DNA of 64,000 bases, taken from a bacterium. Lineage in GTDB: Bacteria; RBG-13-61-14; DATKZS01. The stretch spans positions 928,001 to 992,000 of the forward strand of contig CAXXFL010000006.1 in the NCBI GenBank assembly GCA_963674965.2, given 5' to 3'. The notes beneath the pieces were generated by a model. That model had not been told where the DNA came from. It saw only the letters and a list, made by a program, of their open reading frames with translations, and searched no databases. This document shows positions 55,427-64,000 of the stretch, piece after piece. The position numbers and the translations under genes are program-made. Position 1 is the first letter of the stretch. The number at the start of each line of letters is the position of its first letter.

Positions 55427-55885
55427 CTACCGGCGTGACAGGCGCTCTATCTTCATCGCTTCCCACTCTTCTCTTTGCCGGTTCCAATGGGGGATCGCGG
55501 TGATCGGCCGCAGGTTCTGCTCGCGGATCGGATCACGGCCTCTGACCGTTCGGGGCAGGAAGAGGATTTCCTCCTGGATGTCGGGGGCGAGGTTGGTGAG
55601 GTTCATGATCTGGGTGACGCGGGCCCGGGTGACGTAGCCAAGGCGGGCGAGATCGGCGTAGTCGCGGACCTCGCCGCGGGCGAGCATGCCTTCGAACTTG
55701 ATGGCCAGGGCCATGAGGCGGGTGACGCGGGGGATGTTACCGGAAGCGACGTCGTGACTTGAGGCGGATTCGGGAGCGGGAGCGTCGGCGCCGGAACTGG
55801 CCCGAGCATTGCGGGGAGTAAACGTGAACTCAACGTCGACCTTGTCCACTCCATCTCCCGCCGATTTATGATTGCCAATTTTCAT
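55427..55885 (-). CDS. Small HTH protein of the serine recombinase module (possible directionality factor)
   Basis: DYADLARLGYVTRARVTQIMNLTNLAPDIQEEIL motif, of a type typically found after DUF2924-associated recombinases. Confidence 0.7.
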   Translation of the reverse strand: MKIGNHKSAGDGVDKVDVEFTFTPRNARASSGADAPAPESASSHDVASGNIPRVTRLMALAIKFEGMLARGEVRDYADLARLGYVTRARVTQIMNLTNLAPDIQEEILFLPRTVRGRDPIREQNLRPITAIPHWNRQREEWEAMKIERLSRR

Positions 55886-55919
55886 TTCCTTGATTAACCT
55901 CCCGTCAATCTCTTTTTTT

Positions 55920-57545
55920 TCATTTTCCCACTCCGCCTCTGGCGAGTTCCTTGATCCCAAGGGACCTGAAGCTGATGGTCACCTTGCCGGTGGAGCCGTC
56001 GTAGCCAACCTTGTCGAGCAGGAGATGAAGTATCCTGGACTGCTCGCTTGAGTTCAGGGACTCCCAGACCGGGTCAAAGACGGCCAGGGCCCTGACCAGG
56101 TCGCCGGAATCGAGGGTATCGCGCTCGACGGCGATAAGTTCCTCGCGCAGTTGGGTCATCCTTTGCTCGGCGCTCCTGATTATGTCCTGAAGATCGGCGA
56201 GCCTGGCGGTGTCCAGCGATTGATTGTCCCGGCCCAGGTTCATGTCGCTCACCAGATTTTTAAGTTTGGAATGCATCCGCTTGAGCTCCTTCTCCCCAGC
56301 GAGACGCTCGCGGTCAAGCTCTTGCCGCCGCTTCTCGCTCAGTTCACGGAATTGCCTCACGGTCTCAGCGACCAGCCTCTCGTCCGTGCCCAGCCCCCTG
56401 ATATGTTCGACTACGGCCCTTTCGATTTCATGGGCGTTAAGCGACTTGGAGGGACACGAGTCCCAGCCGCGCTGTTGCGCGTTCATGCAGACGTAGTAGC
56501 GGTAACGACGGTGGCCTCCCTTCTTTATCGTGTACGTGTGCATCATGGGTTTGCCGCAGGGCACGCAGTGGATAAGGCCCTTGAGGAGAGCGCCGTGCTT
56601 GTTTCGCAAGCCGGCGTTTTTACCCTGGCCGTTCTTTTTCAAAAGCTCTTGCGCCTCGCGCCAAATCTCCGGAGCGACGATAGCTTCATGCTCGCCGTCG
56701 TAAACCGTCCCCTGGAAATAAATTTTGCCGGTGTAGACGATATTGGTGAGCAGGCTGTAGAGATAATGCTTGGCAAAGGGCTTACCGCCGCGCGCCTTGC
56801 CCTTTTTGGTAATCCACCGCTTGGTCTTCCAACCCCGCTCGTTAAGCTCATTGACCACGGGGATAAGGCCTCGACGCTCCAGATATAAATCGAAAATCTC
56901 GCGCACCCGCGCGGCCTCTCGTTTGTTCACGACGATGCGGCCGCCTTTCTCGTCCAGGTCATAGCCCAGTATCAGCATGCCGCCGATCCACTTGCCCTTT
57001 TTACGGGCGGCCGACATCTTGTCCCGCGTTCGCTCGGAGATGATCTCGCGCTCGAACTGGGCGAAGGAGAGGAGCATGTTGAGGGTGAGGCGCCCCATGG
57101 AGTCGGTGGTCGAGAACTTCTGGGTGACCGAGACGAAGGAGACGTCGTGCTCTTCAAATATCTCCATGAGGCGGCTGAAGTCTATAAGCGATCGAGAGAG
57201 CCGGTCCACCTTGTAGACGACCACCACGTCAATCTTGCCGGCCTCGACGTCGGCCATCAAACGCTTGAGAGCGGGCCGATCCATGTTGCCGCCGGAGAAG
57301 CCGCCGTCGTCGTAAAGGTCAGGCAAGCACGCCCAGCCTTCGTGCTTCATGCTGGAGACGTAGTCTTCAGCCGATTCCCTCTGGGCGTCCAGACTGTTGA
57401 AGTCCAGGTCGAGACCCTCCTCCGTGGACTTGCGCGTGTAGATGGCGCATCGCGCCTTGCCGTTGTTTTTGGGCACGTCGCTGTCAAAAGCTCCCGTCTT
57501 TCTCGGCCGCCTCCGCGTGTTAATGTTCAAATCCCCTCCTTTCAT
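55920..57545 (-). CDS. Large serine recombinase (integrase)
   Basis: AIYTRKST (catalytic Ser), YKVDRLSRS, FAQFERE, recombinase domain, zinc ribbon (CVPCG...YYVC) and coiled coil. Confidence 0.94.
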   Translation of the reverse strand: MKGGDLNINTRRRPRKTGAFDSDVPKNNGKARCAIYTRKSTEEGLDLDFNSLDAQRESAEDYVSSMKHEGWACLPDLYDDGGFSGGNMDRPALKRLMADVEAGKIDVVVVYKVDRLSRSLIDFSRLMEIFEEHDVSFVSVTQKFSTTDSMGRLTLNMLLSFAQFEREIISERTRDKMSAARKKGKWIGGMLILGYDLDEKGGRIVVNKREAARVREIFDLYLERRGLIPVVNELNERGWKTKRWITKKGKARGGKPFAKHYLYSLLTNIVYTGKIYFQGTVYDGEHEAIVAPEIWREAQELLKKNGQGKNAGLRNKHGALLKGLIHCVPCGKPMMHTYTIKKGGHRRYRYYVCMNAQQRGWDSCPSKSLNAHEIERAVVEHIRGLGTDERLVAETVRQFRELSEKRRQELDRERLAGEKELKRMHSKLKNLVSDMNLGRDNQSLDTARLADLQDIIRSAEQRMTQLREELIAVERDTLDSGDLVRALAVFDPVWESLNSSEQSRILHLLLDKVGYDGSTGKVTISFRSLGIKELARGGVGK

Positions 57546-58072
57546 GCCTGATTATTATTCTCATCAGCCTTGTTGATTTTCTTCTTGCCTCCAAGCCCGA
57601 AGAAGGTGTAGCCGTTCCAATTGACCCCCGTAATCTCACGGGCGACACCGGAGAGCGACTTGTAACGCCGGTCCTCATACTCGAACCCCTGGTCGAGCAC
57701 CTTTATCGTATGGGTCTTGCCCCGAAACTCGCGGACAAGGTAGGAGCCGGGCAGGGGAATTAGATGCTGAATGGAGTCGTCAACTTTGGCGATTACGGCG
57801 GGGGTAGATTGTCCATCGACTCCAGCTCTAGAAGTCTTGGGGGCCCTCACGCGGAGATCGGCGTCGTTGGCGATCTCCAGCGCTCTTCGCCTAGCGCGCT
57901 CCGAGAGTCCTCCCTCGGCCAGGGACTGGATGCGCCAGGCGATCTTCTTGCACAGATAGTCCTTGTGGCCGGAACGCGCCCGCTCGCCGAAAACCTCATA
58001 GTACTTCACCTTCAGCTGGGCAACGTTCATCTTCCGTAGCTTCTGGATTTCCAGATAGCTTTCCACGCTCAT
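57542..58072 (-). CDS. DUF2924 domain protein
   Basis: IAWRIQ...GGLS, PGSYLVREFRG and YKSLSGVAREITGVNWNGYTFFGL. Confidence 0.9.
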   Translation of the reverse strand: MSVESYLEIQKLRKMNVAQLKVKYYEVFGERARSGHKDYLCKKIAWRIQSLAEGGLSERARRRALEIANDADLRVRAPKTSRAGVDGQSTPAVIAKVDDSIQHLIPLPGSYLVREFRGKTHTIKVLDQGFEYEDRRYKSLSGVAREITGVNWNGYTFFGLGGKKKINKADENNNQA

Positions 58073-58102
58073 TCCAAACCTCCTCTTATATTCTCAAGTC
58101 CG

Positions 58103-58330
58103 TTAACTCGGTTCGGAATGATTGCTTCGGTTACGGGGACAGTCAAGGCGATTCTCGGTTAACGCGGTGCAATTCTCCGCGTCCCCCACGTCGCCGGAAC
58201 GCTTGCTTCCATCAAGACCCTGGCTCCTCGTTTTCACGAAGCGCGTGTACCCGCGGGCCAGGATGGAAGCGATCTCCACGAGGACTTGCTCGGCGCTCGA
58301 TCGATCGTCGTTGTGGTTGTGGTATTCCAT
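58103..58330 (-). CDS. Small hypothetical protein
   Basis: EIASILARGYTR; GAGGAG RBS; first gene of the recombinase operon. Confidence 0.55.
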   Translation of the reverse strand: MEYHNHNDDRSSAEQVLVEIASILARGYTRFVKTRSQGLDGSKRSGDVGDAENCTALTENRLDCPRNRSNHSEPS

Positions 58331-58400
58331 TTTCTCCTCCTCTGCTTTCGTGCCCACAACGGTTTCCGCTTGGCGGCCGCCCCGCTGTCCGGTGGCTTAG

Positions 58401-58432
58401 GGATATATACCCGCGAAATGTTAAAAGTGTCG
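58401..58432 (-). promoter_or_regulatory. Phage bipartite motif copy 7
   Basis: CGACACTTT-N13-GTATATA upstream of the DUF2924/recombinase operon. Confidence 0.75.
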
Positions 58433-58682
58433 AAAAAAAGTTGCCCCAGGGTTTCGCGAACAACCTCCCTGTTAATTAAGAGGGCTTGTAAACGTGAGAA
58501 TCTGAGAATCAGAAGAGAGATTACCGAATAACGCCAGTAACCCCGGGAAATTTTGCGCGGATAAAGAAAGACTGGACTGAAATGGAGAATCGAAAGAAAG
58601 TGTGAGATGGCCGCAAACTGTCGGAATAATTTATGAAAAGATAAAGCCCTAGCGAGGCATCGAGCCGGGGATTTCCGTAAAT

Positions 58683-58706
58683 AAAAAAGCCGCTAAAGTT
58701 AGCGGC
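58683..58706 (-). terminator. Rho-independent terminator of the tRNA gene
   Basis: GCCGCTA-4 nt-TAGCGGC stem followed by T6 on the minus strand. Confidence 0.8.
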
Positions 58707-58714
58707 GGAAGATC

Positions 58715-58790
58715 TGGCTCCTGGGGAGGGATTCGAACCCCCGACCTAGTGGTTAACAGCCACCCGCTCTGCCGGCTGAGCTACCCAGGA
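58715..58790 (-). tRNA. tRNA-Asn (GTT)
   Basis: TCCTGGG acceptor, TAGCTCAG D-arm, CT-GTT-AA anticodon loop, GGTTCGAATCC T-arm and encoded CCA; 76 nt. Confidence 0.97.
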
Positions 58791-58835
58791 ACGGTAAGAA
58801 TAGCTTGTTGGTGGACCCCAACAAGCTAGGAGAAT

Positions 58836-58863
58836 ATTATACCTGGTTTTTCCGGGTTGTCAA
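58836..58863 (-). promoter_or_regulatory. Consensus sigma70 promoter of tRNA-Asn
   Basis: TTGACA-N16-TATAAT. Confidence 0.8.
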
Positions 58864-59668
58864 TTTCAACTTAAATCATCAAATATAAGGCCAAGTGGAA
58901 ATTTCCAGCCCCCCCTCCCCCCCGGATTGCATAGCCGCGCGGAAAAATGAGCTTGATTAAAAGAGATGAATTCGATGGTTGTTGACCGGCCATGAATTGT
59001 TATATTATACTTTTTTATTAGCACCTTACACTTCAGCAGCATGATGACCGCCTCTTTTTACCGTTCATGGAATTAGTCCTATTTTTAGCGGCCAATATCA
59101 TTGGTTAAAAATTATTTTCGCCTTAATTGCTTATTTTATATTCGATTGATAGAGGGTAATGTTTTAAAAAGGCATTTTCTTAGCCATATGTATCCGATTA
59201 AATTGATAATTTTTTCCAATAGCCCAGTTGGCGACCATTCAAGTAACGTTTTACGGCAACAATCCCGATTGACATTACCTTTTTACATTTTACGTATAAA
59301 TGGCTGTAATATAAGCATTTTATCCTAACTATTCAAACCACCGCCTCCAAATTCCGGTAATTTCGTAATGTATCGATATCTTCGGAGCTATTTAACGCCA
59401 TCTGAAATATCGGGTGGCCTTTCAGTTTTTATACCTTTAAATACCGGGCATTGCCTGATAATAAAATAATGCAATTCCTCTATTGGCATTAATATTGCTT
59501 TACAGGTTGGCGGCAGTTGCAATTATAACAATCCTTCATAAATATTCGGGCTTTAACGTTTTCGCGGGTTGCAAGATATAAAGTAATTTTATCGAATTCA
59601 ACGAATTCAGCATATAGAGTGGTCAATATTATACAAGATTGGAAAAAAGACGGGTGGAAGGTAACAAA

Positions 59669-62600
59669 ATGAAAAAGATGAAAAGGATTGGAAAAATGTT
59701 GTATGCAGTTAAAACGGAGGACGTGAAAAATCGCGTCTCGATCAAAATCAATGGCATGACGCCCGAAATATCATGGGGATTCGGGTTGGCCTTGGCGGCA
59801 TTTGTAGCGGCCATGACTATAACGCTTTTTATACCCGGCGCGTCCCTGGCCGAGGACGCCGTATATAGCGGGGGCTATACCGCGCCCTATTGTTCCTCCG
59901 CCGTCAGCCCCTGCAACGTTCCGCAGAGCCTGATAAACGGCAGGAGGACCATAACGGGTGGAGTCGAGCCCAACCAGCCAAACACGGTTTCCACCAGCCC
60001 TTGCCAGGACGGTAGATACGGGACTTACCACACGGACGAATCACTCGACAGCATGATTGTTTACAAACCGGCGGGCGGCCCATTCCTTCCGGGGGACACG
60101 GTCAGGCTCGAGGCCAACGTCTGGTGTTACTCCAGCGCCTCGGACAATCTGTACGTTTATCAGGCCGACTCGGCGGCTTCTCCCGTATGGAACCACGTGG
60201 GATCGGCCGGTTGCCCGGCCAACGGGGCCCATACCCTGACGGTTGATTTCCAACTTGGAGACACCTCGGGAGAGCAGGTGATAAGAGCGGCTTTTTATTA
60301 CGAAACGGCCGCCACTCCCTGCGACAACAACAGGAACACCTACAACGAGCGCGACGACGTGGTCCTGACCGTGGCCAGCGTCCAGGACGCCGACGGCGAC
60401 GGCATGCCCGACTCCTGGGAAATCCTGTATGGATGCATGCAGCCGAACACGGCCGACGACTTGGCCGACTACGACTCGGACGGGCTGCTCAACGTTGACG
60501 AGTACGCGAACTCCGGCGACCCCTGCGATCCCGACACCGACGGTGACGGACTTAACGACGGCGACGAGGTCCACCAGCACGGCAGCGACCCGACCATGAC
60601 CGACACGGACGGAGACGGTCTGAGCGATTACGACGAGGTCACCTTGCATCTAACCGACCCGGCCCTGGCCGACACCGAGAGCGATGGAATCCCGGACGGC
60701 TGGGAGGTCGATAATGGACTCGATCCGCTGGTTAACGACGCCGGAGACGACCCCGACTCGGACGGCCTGACCAATATCGAGGAATACGGCCACGATACCG
60801 ATCCTTTCGATCCCGACACCGACGGCGGGGGCGAGAACGACGGCTCGGAAGCGGCCGACGACAAGGACCCTCTCAACCCTCTCGACGACGGGGGAGAACT
60901 GGCCGGGTACGACGCGACTCTAACCTGCCCAAGCTGCACAACCGGATACAGCCCCTGCACCATCCGCGAGGCCCTCATCATGAGCCGCGACGGCCAGACG
61001 GGCCTGCCCGAGCCCAACCAGCCCAACACCATCGCCACCAGCGCCTGCGCCGACGGCTCGCAGGGAGAGTATCTGGATGACGAGTCAACGGACAAGATAA
61101 TCGTGACCAGCCAGAGCGGGGGTATCTTCAATCCCGGGGACACGGTCACGGTTAACGCCGAGGTCTGGTGCTGGGGCATTGGAAGTATTAACTCGCTCTA
61201 CGTCTATCACGCCGACTCGGTTACAACCCCGACCTGGACCCTGATGGGAACAGATACCTGCCAGGCCTTCGGTTACCAGAACCTGTCGGCCACCTTCCAG
61301 TTGGGACCGGACCCGGGCGAGCAGGTTATCAGGACGGCCTTTACCTATAACTCGGCCGCGGCTTCCTGCGACGCGGGAGGATACAACGACCGCGACGACC
61401 TGGTCCTGACCGTGATACCGTGGATGGACTCGGACGCGGACGGATTGTCCGACAGCATGGAAATGGCCAACTGCACGGACGAGACCAATCCCGACTCGGA
61501 CGGCGACGGTCTTTGCGACGGTGACACGGCGGTATTCGACGGGGCCACGCTTCTTTGCGCCGCCGGCGAGGACATTAACCTTAACGGAGTTGTTGACGCC
61601 GGCGAAACCGACCCCTGCAACTCCGACACCGACGGAGACGGAATGCCCGACGGGTGGGAGGTTGACAATGGCCTCGATCCTCTGACGGACGACTCGGCTT
61701 CCGACCCCGATATCGACGGGCTTACCAACCTGGAGGAATACAACAACGGCACAAACCCCAACGTGGCGGACACCGACGGAGATGGAATGCCGGATGGGTG
61801 GGAGGTTGATAATAGCCTCGATCCCCTTACCGACGACTCGGCCGCCGACCCCGATATCGACGGACTTACCAACCTCGAGGAATACAACAATGGGACCAAC
61901 CCCAACGTGGCCGATACCGACGGAGACGGAATGCCCGACGGGTGGGAGGTCGCCAATAGCCTCGATCCCCTTACCGACGACTCGGCTTCCGACCCCGATA
62001 TCGACGGACTTACCAACCTCGAGGAATACAACAATGGGACCAACCCCAACGTGGCCGATACCGACGGAGACGGAATGCCCGACGGGTGGGAGGTCGCCAA
62101 TAGCCTCGATCCCCTTACCGACGACTCGGCTTCCGACCCCGATATCGACGGACTCACCAACCTCGAGGAATACAACAACGGGACCAACCCCAACGTCGCG
62201 GACACCGACGGAGACGGAATGCCCGACGGGTGGGAGGTCGCCAATAGCCTCGATCCCCTTACGGACGACTCGGCCGCCGACCCCGATATCGACGGACTCA
62301 CCAACCTCGAGGAATACAACAACGGGACCAACCCCAACGTCGCGGACACCGACGGAGACGGAATGCCCGACGGGTGGGAGGTCGCCAATAGCCTCGATCC
62401 CCTTACCGACGACTCGGCCGCCGACCCCGATATCGACGGACTCACCAACCTCGAGGAATACAACAACGGGACCAACCCCAACGTCGCGGACACCGACGGA
62501 GACGGAATGCCCGACGGGTGGGAGGTCGCCAATAGCCTCGATCCTCTTACGGACGACTCGGCCGCAGACCCCGATATCGACGGACTCACCAACCTCGAGG

Positions 62601-64000
62601 AATACAACAACGGCACCAACCCCAACGTGGCCGACACCGACGGTGACGGAATGCCGGATGGGTGGGAGGTCGCCAATAGCCTCGATCCTCTGACGGACGA
62701 CTCGGCCGCAGACCCCGATATCGACGGGCTTACCAACCTCGAGGAATACAACAACGGCACCAACCCCAACGTGGCCGACACCGACGGTGACGGAATGCCG
62801 GATGGGTGGGAGGTCGGCTACAACTCCTGCGTCGATCCCGTCACGGCCGACGCGGCGGGCGATCCTGACGGCGACTCCTCCGACAACCTGGCGGAATACG
62901 GCGCGGGTACCGATCCATGCGTGGCACAGACGGGTGGAGATTCCGACGGCGACGGTCTTTCGGACGTTGACGAGGGCGGCACTTACGGCACCAATCCTTA
63001 CGAGCCGGACTCTGACAACGACGGGGTCGGCGATTATGAGGAGGTGATCGTCTCGGCCTGCCTCGATCCTCTAATCAACGACACCGACGGCGATGGCATT
63101 CTCGACGGCGGCAGCCTGGGCGAGGATATGGACGGCGACGGCGTGGTCGACTCGAACGAGACCGACCCGTGCAAGGCCGACAGCGATGACGACGGTCTTG
63201 AAGACGGCGATGAAGACTCCGCCGGCACGGACCCACTCTGGTGGGACACGGATGGAGACGCGCTACCCGACGGCTTCGAGGTGGCTAATCAGACGGGTCA
63301 TACTCAAAACCTTGACGCCCTCGATCCCTCGGACGGGTGCGTGGCCGACTTCGACGGCGACGGCAATCCGAACTGCCACGAGTATTACAATGGGTCCGAT
63401 CTCTGGGCCACGAGCCATACCGGCGCCCCGGGCTGCTATTACTGGGCGGAATCGGGAAACACGGTGGCGGTGGACGGTCTGGTCAGTCCCCTCGACGTGG
63501 CCGCTCTCAACAACCGCGTCATCTTGAAAGACACTTCCTACACGGGCGTCCTGCCCCCCAACGGCGACACCCAGGAACTGGACATGGACGAAATCATCTC
63601 TCCTCTCGATACCAGCATCATCACCCAGATGGTCAACAACATCGCCGTGGCCTCGGTCCCCGCGAAGCCGGTGGACCTCGAGCCGGTTGGCGGCCTCACC
63701 GTGAGCGTCGAGGTTGGCTACACGGTCCGGGTCTCCGCCGGGGTCCTAAACGCGGCCTCCAAGTACACCTCGGGCTTAGGCGTCATCTTCGCCATCGACC
63801 CATCCTCGACCGGATCGGGACTGGTCCTGGGCGGAGAGGGCAATGACGGGGCCGCCGGACGCTACGACGTGTCCGGCCCTATCGCCTCGGGCGGCCGTTC
63901 CTCCGTGGTTATAAGGGTGGACTCAACCGGCACGATCCTGGTGACGGCCACCATTCCCCAATGCGGCGCCGACGGACGGGGTCGCTACTGCGACGCGATC
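59669..64000 (+). CDS. Very large secreted host protein with Asp-rich (thrombospondin type 3-like) Ca-binding repeats; 3' end beyond window
   Basis: Manual translation: signal-like segment ending ASLA-E, two EPNQPNT..C.DG...DES.D domains, many DTDGDG.PDGWE repeats, and a dockerin-like DGLVSPLD...DEIISPLD pair near 63470-63610. Start and repeat block are in the same frame. Confidence 0.85.
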   Translation, partial: MKKMKRIGKMLYAVKTEDVKNRVSIKINGMTPEISWGFGLALAAFVAAMTITLFIPGASLAEDAVYSGGYTAPYCSSAVSPCNVPQSLINGRRTITGGVEPNQPNTVSTSPCQDGRYGTYHTDESLDSMIVYKPAGGPFLPGDTVRLEANVWCYSSASDNLYVYQADSAASPVWNHVGSAGCPANGAHTLTVDFQLGDTSGEQVIRAAFYYETAATPCDNNRNTYNERDDVVLTVASVQDADGDGMPDSWEILYGCMQPNTADDLADYDSDGLLNVDEYANSGDPCDPDTDGDGLNDGDEVHQHGSDPTMTDTDGDGLSDYDEVTLHLTDPALADTESDGIPDGWEVDNGLDPLVNDAGDDPDSDGLTNIEEYGHDTDPFDPDTDGGGENDGSEAADDKDPLNPLDDGGELAGYDATLTCPSCTTGYSPCTIREALIMSRDGQTGLPEPNQPNTIATSACADGSQGEYLDDESTDKIIVTSQSGGIFNPGDTVTVNAEVWCWGIGSINSLYVYHADSVTTPTWTLMGTDTCQAFGYQNLSATFQLGPDPGEQVIRTAFTYNSAAASCDAGGYNDRDDLVLTVIPWMDSDADGLSDSMEMANCTDETNPDSDGDGLCDGDTAVFDGATLLCAAGEDINLNGVVDAGETDPCNSDTDGDGMPDGWEVDNGLDPLTDDSASDPDIDGLTNLEEYNNGTNPNVADTDGDGMPDGWEVDNSLDPLTDDSAADPDIDGLTNLEEYNNGTNPNVADTDGDGMPDGWEVANSLDPLTDDSASDPDIDGLTNLEEYNNGTNPNVADTDGDGMPDGWEVANSLDPLTDDSASDPDIDGLTNLEEYNNGTNPNVADTDGDGMPDGWEVANSLDPLTDDSAADPDIDGLTNLEEYNNGTNPNVADTDGDGMPDGWEVANSLDPLTDDSAADPDIDGLTNLEEYNNGTNPNVADTDGDGMPDGWEVANSLDPLTDDSAADPDIDGLTNLEEYNNGTNPNVADTDGDGMPDGWEVANSLDPLTDDSAADPDIDGLTNLEEYNNGTNPNVADTDGDGMPDGWEVGYNSCVDPVTADAAGDPDGDSSDNLAEYGAGTDPCVAQTGGDSDGDGLSDVDEGGTYGTNPYEPDSDNDGVGDYEEVIVSACLDPLINDTDGDGILDGGSLGEDMDGDGVVDSNETDPCKADSDDDGLEDGDEDSAGTDPLWWDTDGDALPDGFEVANQTGHTQNLDALDPSDGCVADFDGDGNPNCHEYYNGSDLWATSHTGAPGCYYWAESGNTVAVDGLVSPLDVAALNNRVILKDTSYTGVLPPNGDTQELDMDEIISPLDTSIITQMVNNIAVASVPAKPVDLEPVGGLTVSVEVGYTVRVSAGVLNAASKYTSGLGVIFAIDPSSTGSGLVLGGEGNDGAAGRYDVSGPIASGGRSSVVIRVDSTGTILVTATIPQCGADGRGRYCDAI
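61625..62816 (+). repeat. 144-bp (48-aa) coding tandem repeat, 8 full copies plus a partial one
   Basis: Units start at 61625, 61769, 61913, 62057, 62201, 62345, 62489, 62633 and 62777; unit DTDGDGMPDGWEVANSLDPLTDDSAADPDIDGLTNLEEYNNGTNPNVA. Confidence 0.93.

Larger units (their letters stand above)
1..58680 (-). mobile_element. Prophage with contractile (myovirus-type) tail, integrated downstream of tRNA-Asn; left end outside the window
   Basis: Ordered integration, regulation, replication, packaging, head and tail modules, nearly all on the minus strand. The right boundary is approximate (between 58440 and the tRNA terminator). No att site was identified. Confidence 0.92.

Noticed and set aside
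58433-58790. attL/attR direct repeat
   Set aside because: I saw no duplicate of the tRNA 3' end in the window and the other prophage end is outside it, so no att site can be supported.
58801-58828. 11-bp inverted repeat in the tRNA leader as a separate ncRNA
   Set aside because: It is a short hairpin between promoter and tRNA with no evidence of independent function.
61625-62816. CRISPR array, or the 478-aa and 303-aa ORFs called over this repeat
   Set aside because: It is a contiguous 144-bp coding repeat with no unique spacers; those ORFs are alternative-frame shadows of the large plus-strand gene.

Overview
Most of the window (1 to about 58,600) is one prophage, almost all on the minus strand and cut off at the left edge. 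It lies just downstream of a tRNA-Asn(GTT) gene. Reading right to left it has: a DUF2924/large serine recombinase integration module; a LexA-like repressor; a phage-encoded sigma factor; a recombination/replication module (PD-(D/E)XK nuclease, AAA_24 ATPase, DUF669 SSB, ERCC4 nuclease, RecD2 helicase, primase-helicase, iteron origin); terminase, portal and head genes; and a contractile T4/eCIS-like tail. The most notable elements are: (1) a complete diversity-generating retroelement (target-avd-RT-TR; 23 of 24 TR/VR mismatches at adenines) whose target is a signal-peptide protein rather than a tail fibre and whose promoter has a G12 tract between -35 and -10; (2) a 1291-aa protein with two DNA adenine methyltransferase domains fused to the putative prohead protease, plus a nested scaffold start; (3) a 1523-aa MuF head protein with a HipA/PI3K-like kinase domain and a further C-terminal domain, followed by two small candidate immunity genes; (4) a bipartite motif in seven copies with invariant spacing upstream of phage operons, probably the promoter for the phage sigma factor; (5) AbiE toxin-antitoxin, AAA/DUF4143 and tyrosine recombinase cargo. 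The right end is host DNA and carries a very large secreted Asp-rich repeat protein. All protein family calls come from reading motifs by eye; no database searches were run.
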